A DNA stretch of 64,000 nucleotides from Mycobacteriales bacterium (GTDB lineage Bacteria > Actinomycetota > Actinomycetes > Mycobacteriales > QHCA01), in contig JBBPZR010000002.1 in assembly GCA_038276285.1 (NCBI GenBank), positions 87,454 through 151,453 of the forward strand. The letters run 5' to 3'. The notes below the pieces were generated by a model that searched no databases, was not told the origin of the DNA, and worked only from the letters and a program-made list of their open reading frames with translations. The position numbers and the translations under genes were made by a program. Below, piece after piece: positions 18,811 through 28,406 of the stretch. Each line of letters starts with the position of its first letter. Within the stretch, counting starts at the first letter, position 1.

Positions 18811-19674
18811 TCAGCCGGGTGCCGCTGTCTGCGCAGCCAACGCGGCGGCGATGCGTACGAACGCTTGCACATCGAGGACCTCTCCCCGCGCACCAGGAAG
18901 GACACCCGCCGCACCTAGCACCTGCTCGGCGCGAGCCGGGGAACCGGCCAGGCCGGCGAGGGCCGATCGGAGTGTCTTGCGGCGCTGCGAGAACGCGGCG
19001 TCCACCGCCGCGAACACCGCCTCGCGCGGCGCGCCGACCGGCGCCGGCCGCCGCGTCAGCAACACCAGCCCCGATTCCACATTGGGCTCGGGCCAGAACA
19101 CCTTGCGGCTGACGGTCCCGGCCCGGCTCACTTCCGCGTACCAGGCGGCCTTCACCGACGGCACTCCGTAGACCCGCGACCCCGGTGGTGCCGCGAGCCG
19201 CTCGGCGACCTCGGCTTGCACCATGACAAGGACGCGCCGCAGGGTCGGCAAGAGCTCCAGCAGATGCAGCAACACCGGCACCGCGACGTTGTAGGGGAGG
19301 TTGGCGACCAGCACGGTGGGCGGCGGCCCGGGAAGAGAGGTCAGCCGCAGCGCGTCGCCGATGACAACGCGCAGCCGGTCGCCGTACGCCGGCAGGCGAC
19401 TCTCTACTGTGGACGGCAACTGGGCCGCGAGCACCGGATCGATCTCGACCGCCACGACCTCGCGGCAGGCGGACAGCAGTCCGAGCGTCAGCGAACCGAG
19501 GCCCGGCCCCACCTCCACGACCACGTCGTCTGATGACAACGCGGCCAGGCGGACGATCCGGCGGATGGTGTTGGCATCGTGCAGGAAGTTCTGGCCGAGT
19601 GCCTTGGTCGGCTTCAGGGCCAGCTTGGCGGCAAGCGCACGCAGGTCAGCGGGCCCGAGCAGCCCATCGGTCAC
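18811..19674 (-). CDS. rsmA: 16S rRNA (adenine1518/1519-N6)-dimethyltransferase
   Basis: I trimmed the start to the GTG at 19674 ([31 protein letters not shown]), which overlaps the rpfB stop as GTGA. The SAM motif is [12 protein letters not shown]. Confidence 0.92.
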   Translation of the reverse strand: MTDGLLGPADLRALAAKLALKPTKALGQNFLHDANTIRRIVRLAALSSDDVVVEVGPGLGSLTLGLLSACREVVAVEIDPVLAAQLPSTVESRLPAYGDRLRVVIGDALRLTSLPGPPPTVLVANLPYNVAVPVLLHLLELLPTLRRVLVMVQAEVAERLAAPPGSRVYGVPSVKAAWYAEVSRAGTVSRKVFWPEPNVESGLVLLTRRPAPVGAPREAVFAAVDAAFSQRRKTLRSALAGLAGSPARAEQVLGAAGVLPGARGEVLDVQAFVRIAAALAAQTAAPG

Positions 19675-20765
19675 GTGAAGAGGTTGCGACCGCAGACCGG
19701 CCACTGACCGGCCCCGGAACGCCTGTACAACAGTTGGGCCCGGTAGGTCTGTTCGGCCGGTGCCGCATCGGTGGGCAGCCCGACCCCACCCACTCCGCGC
19801 CACGTGCTGGCGCTGAACTGGTAGAGCCCGTAATAGGGCCCCGCGGCGTTGTAGGCCTTCGGGTTGCCGCCCGACTCACACCTCGCCAGCGCCGCCCAGT
19901 TGAGCCCGTCGGGTGACGGGTTGTGGGCCGGCGCCGGCCGCGTGCCGAAGGCCAGGATCCTGGGCCGCGGATGGCTCCGGATGACCGACGACAGCAACCG
20001 CTTGGCGGTCACCTTTCCGTCCGTGATCGTGTACGCAAATGTCTGTACGACAACCCCCGGCGCGCCCGGATCGAGCACCTTCGTCTGGCCCACCGTCATG
20101 CTCGCGTCAGGCTTGCGGATCACCGGTTGGGGCACCGCGACGCTCACCACGCCGACGGTCCCGCGGATCCGGGTCACCGCGACCACCAGGCCGTCGGTCA
20201 CAGATTGGTCGTACGGAACCGTCATCTTGTCCGTCGGGCCGAGCGTGACGTGGGCGAGCTCGAGCAGTTGGCGCACAGTGGGTGCCGTGGTGGTGAGCAC
20301 CGTGGCCCGGCGGTCGGCAACCACGGTCGCCTCCTTCGGCACCCGCATCCGCAGGGCGAGCCCGCCGAGCGGGATCGGCCGTGACCGCGAGGCCGACAGC
20401 CAGACGCCGGCGTCGCGCAGCCCGACCTGCTCGAGCAGCTCGCCGACCGAGCGCGCGGTGACCCACAGGTGCCTGGGCTGCCCGTCGACGTAGATGGTGA
20501 CGGGCCGGGCCCGGCGAAGCACGACGTACGACCCGTTCTGCACGGAGACGTCGCGATCCGGGGCCAGCAGATCGTGCCGGCCCACGGCGAGGCCGGCCGA
20601 GGCCAACACTCCCTCAACGGTGCGCGCGTGGGTGCTGACCGGCACCGACGCGCCGTCGAGCAGGACGATCACCCGCTTGTCGGAGGACGCCCAGACGGCG
20701 GCGGCGCCAACCAGCGAAGCCAGCAGGAGGGTCTTCAGGACGATCGCGGTAAGGCGATGGCGCAC
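19671..20765 (-). CDS. rpfB: Resuscitation-promoting factor RpfB-like (DUF348 repeats, G5 domain, Rpf transglycosylase domain)
   Basis: I trimmed the start to the GTG at 20765, which is preceded by GGGAG ([24 protein letters not shown] signal/anchor). The C-terminus reads [18 protein letters not shown]...[11 protein letters not shown]. The upstream 315 codons of the 679-aa track ORF are antisense to the ABC ATPase gene. Confidence 0.9.
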   Translation of the reverse strand: MRHRLTAIVLKTLLLASLVGAAAVWASSDKRVIVLLDGASVPVSTHARTVEGVLASAGLAVGRHDLLAPDRDVSVQNGSYVVLRRARPVTIYVDGQPRHLWVTARSVGELLEQVGLRDAGVWLSASRSRPIPLGGLALRMRVPKEATVVADRRATVLTTTAPTVRQLLELAHVTLGPTDKMTVPYDQSVTDGLVVAVTRIRGTVGVVSVAVPQPVIRKPDASMTVGQTKVLDPGAPGVVVQTFAYTITDGKVTAKRLLSSVIRSHPRPRILAFGTRPAPAHNPSPDGLNWAALARCESGGNPKAYNAAGPYYGLYQFSASTWRGVGGVGLPTDAAPAEQTYRAQLLYRRSGAGQWPVCGRNLFT

Positions 20766-20891
20766 GTTGCTCCCGTGCTCGGCGGTCCGGGCTGCCCCCT
20801 GGCCCCGGCGATCGGTAATTCCGAGACGATAACGGTGTGGCATCGCCGGAGCCAACCCCTGACGCCATCCGGGTCGGCTAACTTCAGTGAT

Positions 20892-21791
20892 GTGAGCGCG
20901 GTGATCGTCGACGGCCTGCGGAAGTCCTACGGGTCGGTCGAGGCGGTACGCGGGGTGAGCTTCGCCGTGGAGCCCGGCGAGGTCTTCGCGCTGCTCGGTC
21001 CCAACGGCGCGGGCAAGACGACGACACTCGGCGTGCTCGAGGGATACCGCGACCGCGACGAGGGCCGGGTCGAGGTGCTCGGCACCGATCCCGCCGTGGG
21101 CGGCCGGGCGCTGCGGGAGCGGGTGGGCATCGTGCTGCAGGACATCGCGGTGCAGCCCTACCTCACCGTCCGGGAGTCCCTGCGGCGTACGTCCGGCTAC
21201 TACCCGCGACCCCGCGCCGTCGACGAGGTGATCGACCTGGTCGGCCTGGGCGAGCAGGCAGCCACCCGGGTGCGCCGGCTGTCCGGCGGCCAGCAGCGCC
21301 GGCTCGACCTCGCGCTGGCGGTCATCGGACGGCCCGACCTGCTCTTCCTCGACGAGCCGACCACCGGCTTCGACGCGGCGGCCCGGCGCGAGGCCTGGGC
21401 GCTGGTACGCGACCTGCGCGACCTGGGTACGACGATCCTGCTCACCACGCATTACATGGACGAAGCGCAGGCGCTGGCCGACCGGATCGCGGTGATCGAC
21501 CACGGCCGGCTGGTGGCCGAGGGCACTCCGGAGACGGTCGGCGGGCGGGACACCGCCGAGAGCGTGGTGCGGTTCACGCTGCCTGACCACGACGATGCGA
21601 CCGGCGTGCCGATGCCCGACGGTGCGACGGCGGCCGGCGGCGTGGTCACGGTTCGTACCACGGAACCGCTGAGTTACCTCTACACGCTGAGTTCGTGGGC
21701 CATGCGCCATGACGTTCGGGTGGAGGGCCTGAGCGTGGGCCGGCCGTCCCTCGAGGACGTCTATCTCCAGCTGACCAGGGACCCCTTGTGA
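20892..21791 (+). CDS. ABC transporter ATP-binding protein (DrrA-like exporter)
   Basis: I trimmed the start to a GTG (VSAVIVDGLRKSYGSVEAVRGVSF). It has Walker A GPNGAGKTT, the signature LSGGQQRR and Walker B LLFLDEPT. The start is uncertain by a few codons. Confidence 0.88.
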   Translation: MSAVIVDGLRKSYGSVEAVRGVSFAVEPGEVFALLGPNGAGKTTTLGVLEGYRDRDEGRVEVLGTDPAVGGRALRERVGIVLQDIAVQPYLTVRESLRRTSGYYPRPRAVDEVIDLVGLGEQAATRVRRLSGGQQRRLDLALAVIGRPDLLFLDEPTTGFDAAARREAWALVRDLRDLGTTILLTTHYMDEAQALADRIAVIDHGRLVAEGTPETVGGRDTAESVVRFTLPDHDDATGVPMPDGATAAGGVVTVRTTEPLSYLYTLSSWAMRHDVRVEGLSVGRPSLEDVYLQLTRDPL

Positions 21792-22561
21792 GCCGCCGCG
21801 GCGACATCACGATGGTGCTGCGGGAGGCCCGCTGGGAACAGCTGGCCTTCTGGCGCAATCCGGCCGCGGCGGTATTCACCGGGGCCTTTCCGGTGATGTT
21901 CCTGGTGATCTTCGGCACCATCAACCAGGGCTCGCGGATAGCGTTCTACGGCGGCATCCGCTTCGCGCAGTACTACGTACCCGCCATCATCTCGTTTTCG
22001 ATGATGGGCGCCTGCTACACCGCGCTGGCCATGCAACTCGTCAACCGCCGGGAGTCCGGCATCCTCAAGCGAACCCGGGCCACTCCCCTGCCGGCGTGGG
22101 CGGTCATCGCCAGCCAGATCCTCAGCTCGCTGGTGGTCGGACTCCTGGTGAGCCTGCTCGTGGGCATCATCGGGGTGGCCGCATACGGAGTGCACGTCTA
22201 CTGGTCGCGGCTGCCGGTGTTCATCGTGGTGATGCTGCTCGGTGGGCTCTCGCTCGCGGCGCTCGGCCTGCTGGTGGGCTCGCTGGTGCCGAACATGGAC
22301 GCCGCGCCGGGGATCGTCAACTTCATCTTCTTCCCGATCGTCTTCCTCTCCGGCACGTTCTACCCGATCAAGGCCACGTCCTTGGTGTCGCAGATCATGC
22401 AGTGGCTCCCGCTTCGTCCCTTCACCCTGTCCATGTTCAGGGTCTTCGACCCGCGCGGCGGGCCGCTGATTGACTTCCGCGACCTCCTCGTCCTGGCCGC
22501 CTGGGGCGTCGGCTCGGCCGTGCTGGCGGCCCGGGTGTTCCGCTGGGAGCCCAAGCACTGA
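21788..22561 (+). CDS. ABC-2 type transporter permease
   Basis: 257 aa with six hydrophobic helices. It overlaps the ATPase gene by 4 nt. Confidence 0.85.
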   Translation: MSRRGDITMVLREARWEQLAFWRNPAAAVFTGAFPVMFLVIFGTINQGSRIAFYGGIRFAQYYVPAIISFSMMGACYTALAMQLVNRRESGILKRTRATPLPAWAVIASQILSSLVVGLLVSLLVGIIGVAAYGVHVYWSRLPVFIVVMLLGGLSLAALGLLVGSLVPNMDAAPGIVNFIFFPIVFLSGTFYPIKATSLVSQIMQWLPLRPFTLSMFRVFDPRGGPLIDFRDLLVLAAWGVGSAVLAARVFRWEPKH

Positions 22562-22707
22562 AATCAGGCCTCGCAGCCTCTTGCCGCTGTCCACCTCGAC
22601 CGGATGCACCAGCGGGCTCGCTCCGACCAGATGCCTCAGCTGTGGAGACTTGGGCTCGCCATAGCGTGCAAAAGTTTCCACACCCCGCTCGTGGGGCGGA
22701 GCGGGCG

Positions 22708-23445
22708 TCAGGCGGGGTCGGGGGCGGGCAGGCCCATGGCTCGGGCCGCCAGCCGTACCTCGGCTATGAACAGCTCGTCACGGGCCTCGTCGGAGAAGGC
22801 ATGCAGGTGGCCGTATGCCTCGAGACAGGCGAAGCCGTGCAGCATGGCCCAGCAGTGCAGCATCGCCTGGTAGGTGGGATGCGGTATCGCGCGGGCGGCG
22901 CCCACAGGTGGGTTCGACGCGCACTCGGCGGCCAGCGCCGGGCCGATGTCGCTCACGAGCGGCGCCTGCGCCTCCCCTCGCGACATTGCCAGCAGTACCA
23001 GTGCCTCCAGATTGCCCATCGCTCGCTTGGCGGCCTCATGCGTCGGGCCCTCAGACGGGGCTGCGTACCCGGGGACGGGCAGGCCGAAGATGAGCGCGAA
23101 GCGCTGCTGGTCCTGGCTGGCCCACTGGCGGTACGCCTCCGCCGTGGCCATGAGCAGCGCGCCCAGATCGTCGCCCCCGACCGCGGCCGCGGCGTCGGCA
23201 AGCGCGTCGCTGAGATCGTCGTACCCGTCCACGATCATCGCCGTCAGCAACTCGTCGCGATCGGCGAAGTAGCGGTAGAGAGCGGGGGCGGTCAGGCCCA
23301 TGGCCCGGGCGATGTCGGCGAAGCGCACGTCCGTCGTCGCGCGCTCGCGCATGAGCGCGAGGGCGGTCTGCTTGATCTCGTCCACCGTCGCGGCGCGGGC
23401 GCGCTCGCGGCGGGTGGGCGCGGTGACAACCGCTTCGCCGGCCAA
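22708..23445 (-). CDS. TetR family transcriptional regulator
   Basis: 245 aa with the N-terminal HTH VDEIKQTALALMRERATTDVRFADIARAMGLTAPALYRYF. It is divergent from the MMPL gene. Confidence 0.88.
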   Translation of the reverse strand: MAGEAVVTAPTRRERARAATVDEIKQTALALMRERATTDVRFADIARAMGLTAPALYRYFADRDELLTAMIVDGYDDLSDALADAAAAVGGDDLGALLMATAEAYRQWASQDQQRFALIFGLPVPGYAAPSEGPTHEAAKRAMGNLEALVLLAMSRGEAQAPLVSDIGPALAAECASNPPVGAARAIPHPTYQAMLHCWAMLHGFACLEAYGHLHAFSDEARDELFIAEVRLAARAMGLPAPDPA

Positions 23446-23477
23446 CGAGCGCCTCCCTCCGTCGGGTCCAGTGAATA

Positions 23478-23497
23478 GTCTTCACCCTAGTGAAGAC
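23478..23497. promoter_or_regulatory. Palindromic operator candidate in the TetR/MMPL divergent region
   Basis: GTCTTCAC-CCTA-GTGAAGAC is a perfect 8-bp inverted repeat between the divergent TetR and MMPL genes. Confidence 0.5.
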
Positions 23498-23582
23498 GCT
23501 TGACAAGCAACGGGTCAATCGTGTTTTGTTACAGGGCATCACTGAGATGACGCTACGTCACAGGCCGCTTTCGGGAGATCAG

Positions 23583-25844
23583 ATGACCCAGGACACCCTT
23601 ACCAAGGCCCAGCCGCCGGCCGCGAGCGGTACGCCACGGCCTGGTCCGCTGGGCCGACTGGCGGGTGTCGCCTACCGTCGCCGCGGCCTGGTCGTGGTCC
23701 TATGGGCCGCCGGGCTGGCCGTGGCGTTCGGCCTCTCCGCGAGCATCCACGGCGCATTCAAGGCCGACTACAGTGCCCCCGGTTCTGACTCGCGGGCCGC
23801 GCAGACGTTCGTCGCAGCGCGCTTCCCCGCACGGTCCGGCGAGTCGATCGCCGTTGTGGTGCACTCGACCGCGCCGGTGACTGACCCGGCAGTGCGCTCC
23901 GAGGTCGGCAAGGTCCTCGGAAAGCTGGGATCCGGGCCACACGTTGTCGCGGCCGATGACCCGTACTCCACGCCAGGTGCGGTCTCGCGAGACGGGCACA
24001 CCCTGCTGGCCAGTCTGCGGCTGGATGTGAACACCCCTGACGACATGCCCGTACCGGATACCCAGAAGCTGGTCGCGCTCGCCGATGCCGCGCGACACGG
24101 CGGTCTGGAGGTGGCCCTCGGCGGCCAGGCCGTCGAACACGCGGAGCAGGGTGCCATCGGCTCAGAGGGGCTTGGTCTGGCCGCGGCCGCGATCCTCCTG
24201 TTGCTCATGTTCGGCTCGGTGGTTGCGGCCGGCCTGCCGATCATCGTCGCGGTCGCCGGCTTGGGCCTGAGCAGCCTGCTGACCGGCGTCATCGCGGCCG
24301 GGATGCCGGTGCCGGACTGGTCGACCTCGCTCGCCGCGATGATGGGCATCGGGATCGGGATCGACTACGCCCTGCTCATGGTGACCCGCTTCCGCGAGTG
24401 GCGGGCGGCCGGCCTGGAGCCGGAGGCGGCCACCATCGCCACCCTGGACACCGCCGGCCGCTCTGTCCTGCTGGCCGGCAGTACGGTCGTCGTCAGCATG
24501 TTCGGCCTGTTCGCCATGGGCCTTTCGTTCATGCGCGGCGCCGCCATGATGACCATCGTCGGAGTGTTCATCGTGATGGCCGCTGCCATCACGCTGTTCC
24601 CGGCCATGCTGGGCTACGCCGGCGCCCGGATCGACCGGCTGCGCATCCCGCTGCCCCGCCGACGCGGTGCCGCCGCTCGCGCCCAGAGCACCGAGCCTGG
24701 ACGGGGATGGCTGCGCTGGAGCCGCCTGCTCGAGCGACACCGGATCATCGGCGTACTGGCCGGGCTGGCCATCCTGGGTGCGCTCGCCACGCCGTTCCTG
24801 AGCGTGCGCTTCGGCTTCCCCGATGCCGGCAACAACCCGGCCACCAGTTCGACTCACCGTGCGTACGATGGCACCGCCCGGGCCTTCGGGATCGGCGCAA
24901 ACGGTCCCCTGGTGCTCGTCGCCGAGTTGCCGTCGAGTGGCGGCGCCGAGGTGCTCGCCGGGCTGCGGCAGGATCTGCGGGCGACCAAGGGGGTGGCCGC
25001 CGTCACCGCACCGCACGTCAACCCAGCGGGCGACTCCGCCGTACTGACGGTGCAGCCGACCACCGGGCCGCAGGCCGCGGCCACCAACGCCTTGATCCGT
25101 GCCCTGCGCGATGACGTCATCCCGGCTCGCACCCAGGGGAGCGGCGTCAGGGTGCACGTCGGCGGTGTCACGGCGCAGTCCATCGACTCCACCGCCAACA
25201 TCGTCTCGCGGCTGCCTCTGCTAGTCGGCGGTGTCGTGGCGCTGTCGATGCTGCTCCTGCTGGTGTCCTTCCGCAGCGTGGCGGTGGCGATCAAGGCCGC
25301 GGTGATGAACCTGCTCTCGGTCGCGGCGGCCTACGGCGTCGTCGCCTTGGTCCTGCAGGGCGGCACGCTCGGGCACCTCTTCGGCATCCACAATCGCACC
25401 CCGCTACCCGCCTTCATCCCCGTGCTCATGTTCGCCGTCCTCTTCGGGCTGTCGATGGACTACGAGGTCTTCCTCGTCGCCCGGATGCGCGAGGCCTGGC
25501 TGCGCACGCGCGACAACAGTTCGGCGATCGTCAGCGGCCTGGCCGGCACGGCCAGGGTGATCACGGCCGCGGCGGCCATCATGGTGGCGGTGTTCGCCGC
25601 CTTCATCCCCAGCTCGCAGCTGTCCCTGAAGGTGATCGGGGTCGGGATGGCGGCGGCCATCTTCATCGACGCGACGGTGGTGCGCATCCTGCTGGTACCG
25701 GCGGTCATGCACCTGCTCGGCCGCGCCAACTGGTGGATGCCGAGCCGACTGTCCCGCATCGTGCCCGAGCTGCATGTGGAGGGCCGGCCGGACCGGCATC
25801 TGGCAAGGCGCCCCGCGGCGCAGCCCGCACCGCAGCCGGCATGA
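23583..25844 (+). CDS. MMPL family RND-type membrane transporter
   Basis: It has two 6-TM bundles with intervening periplasmic domains and MMPL-type motifs (GIGIDYALLMVTRFRE, GLSMDYEVFLVARMRE). The start could be 23490, 23547 or 23583. I chose MTQDTLTK at 23583. Confidence 0.88.
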   Translation: MTQDTLTKAQPPAASGTPRPGPLGRLAGVAYRRRGLVVVLWAAGLAVAFGLSASIHGAFKADYSAPGSDSRAAQTFVAARFPARSGESIAVVVHSTAPVTDPAVRSEVGKVLGKLGSGPHVVAADDPYSTPGAVSRDGHTLLASLRLDVNTPDDMPVPDTQKLVALADAARHGGLEVALGGQAVEHAEQGAIGSEGLGLAAAAILLLLMFGSVVAAGLPIIVAVAGLGLSSLLTGVIAAGMPVPDWSTSLAAMMGIGIGIDYALLMVTRFREWRAAGLEPEAATIATLDTAGRSVLLAGSTVVVSMFGLFAMGLSFMRGAAMMTIVGVFIVMAAAITLFPAMLGYAGARIDRLRIPLPRRRGAAARAQSTEPGRGWLRWSRLLERHRIIGVLAGLAILGALATPFLSVRFGFPDAGNNPATSSTHRAYDGTARAFGIGANGPLVLVAELPSSGGAEVLAGLRQDLRATKGVAAVTAPHVNPAGDSAVLTVQPTTGPQAAATNALIRALRDDVIPARTQGSGVRVHVGGVTAQSIDSTANIVSRLPLLVGGVVALSMLLLLVSFRSVAVAIKAAVMNLLSVAAAYGVVALVLQGGTLGHLFGIHNRTPLPAFIPVLMFAVLFGLSMDYEVFLVARMREAWLRTRDNSSAIVSGLAGTARVITAAAAIMVAVFAAFIPSSQLSLKVIGVGMAAAIFIDATVVRILLVPAVMHLLGRANWWMPSRLSRIVPELHVEGRPDRHLARRPAAQPAPQPA

Positions 25845-25850
25845 GGGGCC

Positions 25851-28406
25851 TCAGGCGACGACGCGCGCCTTGACTGCCAGCCGTTGGCGGGCCCGCCGCT
25901 CGCGGTTCCTGAGCCAACCGAGTAGCTCATCGGCGGGCATCGGGCGGCCGATGTAGTAGCCCTGACCGGTGGCGGCGCCCAGCGCTGAGAGCCGTTCCCA
26001 GGCGGTGCGACTCTCGATCCCCTCCGCGATGACGTCCAGCCGCAGGTTGGATCCCAGGTCGACGATGGCCCTGACGATGGCGGCATCGTCGGCGCGACTG
26101 ACCATCCCGCTCACGAACGACTTGTCGATCTTTATCTCGCGCACCGGCAGCATCCGCAAATAGGTCAGCGACGACTGGCCGGTGCCGAAGTCGTCGATCG
26201 AGAGCCGCACACCCATGGCGGCCAGCCGGTGCAGTACCTCCATGGAACGGCCTGTCTCGGTCACGACGATGCCCTCGGTGATCTCGAGGGTGAGCGCCGA
26301 CGCGGGCACGCCGTGCTTGTCGAGCAACTCGGCCACCTGATCGACGAACTCCGGGTAGGCGAGACTGCGCGCCGAGAGGTTCACGCTCACGCCGATGGCC
26401 ACACCCGCGTCCCGCCAGGCAGCGTTGACCTCGAGCGACTTGTCCAGCACCAGGCTGGTGAGCTGCTCCATCAGGCCACTGCGCTCCGCCAGCGAGATGA
26501 ACTCGTCGGGACGCAGAAGGCCCTCATCCGGGTGCTGCCAGCGCACCAAGGCCTCGACGCCAACTACCTCACCGGTGGCCAGGTCGGCCTGCGGCTGGAC
26601 GTACACGGTCAGCTGCTCCGCCGCGATAGCCGACCGCAACTCACCGCTGAGAGCGAGCCGGCGGCGCACCTCCTCCTGCAAGGTCGGCTCATAGCGCTGG
26701 ACCCCACGGCCGTGGACCTTGGCGGCGTACATGGCGATGTCGGCCCGCTTGAGCAGAGCAGCGGCGTCCGCACCGTCCTCGGGGGCAAGCGCGATGCCAA
26801 TGGACGCGCGTACTTCGACGCGGATTCCGTCGAGCGTGCACGGCGGCTGGAGGGCTGCGAGCAGACCGCGCGCCTGCTGCTCGGCCGACCCGTAATCGGC
26901 GACGTCCCGCAAGAGGATGGCGAACTCGTCACCGCCGAGCCGGGCCAGGTTTGCCGAGCGAGGAGCGGCGGCCCGCATCCGAGCCGCGACTTCCTGAAGC
27001 AGCAGGTCACCCTGGTGGTGGCCGAGGGTGTCGTTGATCTCCTTGAAACCGTCAAGATCCATGAGCAGTACGGCGATGCCCTCGCCGACACGGCCGGCCG
27101 AGACACCGAAGAGAGCCTGCTGGAGGTCGTGACGCAGAGCGGTCCGATTGGGCAGACCGGTCAAGGCGTCGTGACTGGCCTCGTGTCGCAACTGGTCGAC
27201 CAGCCGCCCCCTGGACAGGGCGACGCTCGCATGGTTGGCGATGGTCTCGAGAAGTCGAACGTCCGATCCGTCGAACGTGCGCACCTGGCCCACCCGATCG
27301 GCCACGCGCAGAGCTCCGAGCACCTGCGACTCGCCACCGAGCGGCACGACGACGGCCTCCCTGAGGCTGCGCTCGTCGAGATGGCGGCGCAGCCTCTGGT
27401 TCTTGGTCTTGCGCGGCAGCAACACCGGCTTGCCACCGCGGACCACTTCCTGGGTCAGCTCGTCGAGGACCCGCGCGCCCGCGATGTCGCACCGCTGGGG
27501 GAAGCCGGTCGGACCGAGACTCAGCACGCGCCCAACCGCTTCCGGCCCGTCCGGGAAGAACGTGATCTCGGCGCGCTCGGCACGGAGCAACTCGCTGGCC
27601 TGTCGCAACACGGACAGCAGGGCGCCATCGCTATCGGCAGCGCTGCCGACCACCTGGCTGAAGCGGTAGAGCCGTTCCAGGCTCAGGTGGCGTTCCCGCA
27701 AAGATGCGTACCCCCGGTAGCCGATCACCAGCAACGCGGCGCAGCCCAGCAATGCCCACGCGCTGCGCGGGTCCGCCGCAAGGGCATAGGCCGCGGCCAC
27801 GGCGACCGTCCCGACGGCTGCCGACACCGGGGCCGCCGCGAGCACCTGGGCTCGCAGATCGCGTAGCCGCACCGAGTCCTCGTAAAACGAGATCACGAGG
27901 GTCGTCGCCAGGGCGTCAAGGGCGCCCGCGGCGGCGAGAGCGAGGTAAACCGCCAGCCACGATCGCACCCCGAACACAGGGCTGTCGCCGAGCACGGCAT
28001 AGAAGACCACCAAGGCCAGCGCGGTGTCGGCCAAGGTAAGGGCGGTGTTGTAGGTGACCTTCAGCGAGCGCTGTCGCCGATAGAAGATGAAGACGAGTAC
28101 GACGCCGGCCAGCCGACCGCTGAGCAACGTTGCGGGTGAGGCGCACAACAGACCCAGCGCGAGCGGGATCTCGCTGAGCGAGACCGTCTGGGCCTCGCGC
28201 CGGATCGGCAGGTGCAGGACGTACATCTCCGTTACCGCGAAGAGCGCCGACAGCATCCACCAGGGGATGTACACCGTGCTGGCGAGCGGCGGCGTCGATC
28301 CGTAGGTGAGCTGGTAGCCGATCACCCCTAGCACACAGAGCACGCCGGTGACGCTCAGAACCCGCGAGCCCGGCCCCACCGAGCGGCGGGCGATCGACGG
28401 CATCAT
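25851..28406 (-). CDS. Membrane-anchored GAF-GGDEF-EAL c-di-GMP turnover protein
   Basis: I trimmed the start to MMPSIARR at 28406 (ATGATG overlapping the S8 stop). It has N-terminal TM helices, a GAF-like region, GGDEF (RLGGDEFAILL) and an EAL domain (GVEALVRW, EITEG, DDFGTG). Confidence 0.9.
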   Translation of the reverse strand: MMPSIARRSVGPGSRVLSVTGVLCVLGVIGYQLTYGSTPPLASTVYIPWWMLSALFAVTEMYVLHLPIRREAQTVSLSEIPLALGLLCASPATLLSGRLAGVVLVFIFYRRQRSLKVTYNTALTLADTALALVVFYAVLGDSPVFGVRSWLAVYLALAAAGALDALATTLVISFYEDSVRLRDLRAQVLAAAPVSAAVGTVAVAAAYALAADPRSAWALLGCAALLVIGYRGYASLRERHLSLERLYRFSQVVGSAADSDGALLSVLRQASELLRAERAEITFFPDGPEAVGRVLSLGPTGFPQRCDIAGARVLDELTQEVVRGGKPVLLPRKTKNQRLRRHLDERSLREAVVVPLGGESQVLGALRVADRVGQVRTFDGSDVRLLETIANHASVALSRGRLVDQLRHEASHDALTGLPNRTALRHDLQQALFGVSAGRVGEGIAVLLMDLDGFKEINDTLGHHQGDLLLQEVAARMRAAAPRSANLARLGGDEFAILLRDVADYGSAEQQARGLLAALQPPCTLDGIRVEVRASIGIALAPEDGADAAALLKRADIAMYAAKVHGRGVQRYEPTLQEEVRRRLALSGELRSAIAAEQLTVYVQPQADLATGEVVGVEALVRWQHPDEGLLRPDEFISLAERSGLMEQLTSLVLDKSLEVNAAWRDAGVAIGVSVNLSARSLAYPEFVDQVAELLDKHGVPASALTLEITEGIVVTETGRSMEVLHRLAAMGVRLSIDDFGTGQSSLTYLRMLPVREIKIDKSFVSGMVSRADDAAIVRAIVDLGSNLRLDVIAEGIESRTAWERLSALGAATGQGYYIGRPMPADELLGWLRNRERRARQRLAVKARVVA

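Noticed and set aside
20766-21710. The N-terminal 315 codons of the 679-aa minus-strand ORF that ends as RpfB
   Set aside because: This part is antisense to the ABC ATPase gene, which has clear Walker motifs. RpfB has its own GTG start with a GGGAG RBS and a signal/anchor sequence at 20765.
26229-27866. A 545-aa plus-strand ORF
   Set aside because: It is antisense to the GGDEF-EAL gene and has no motifs.
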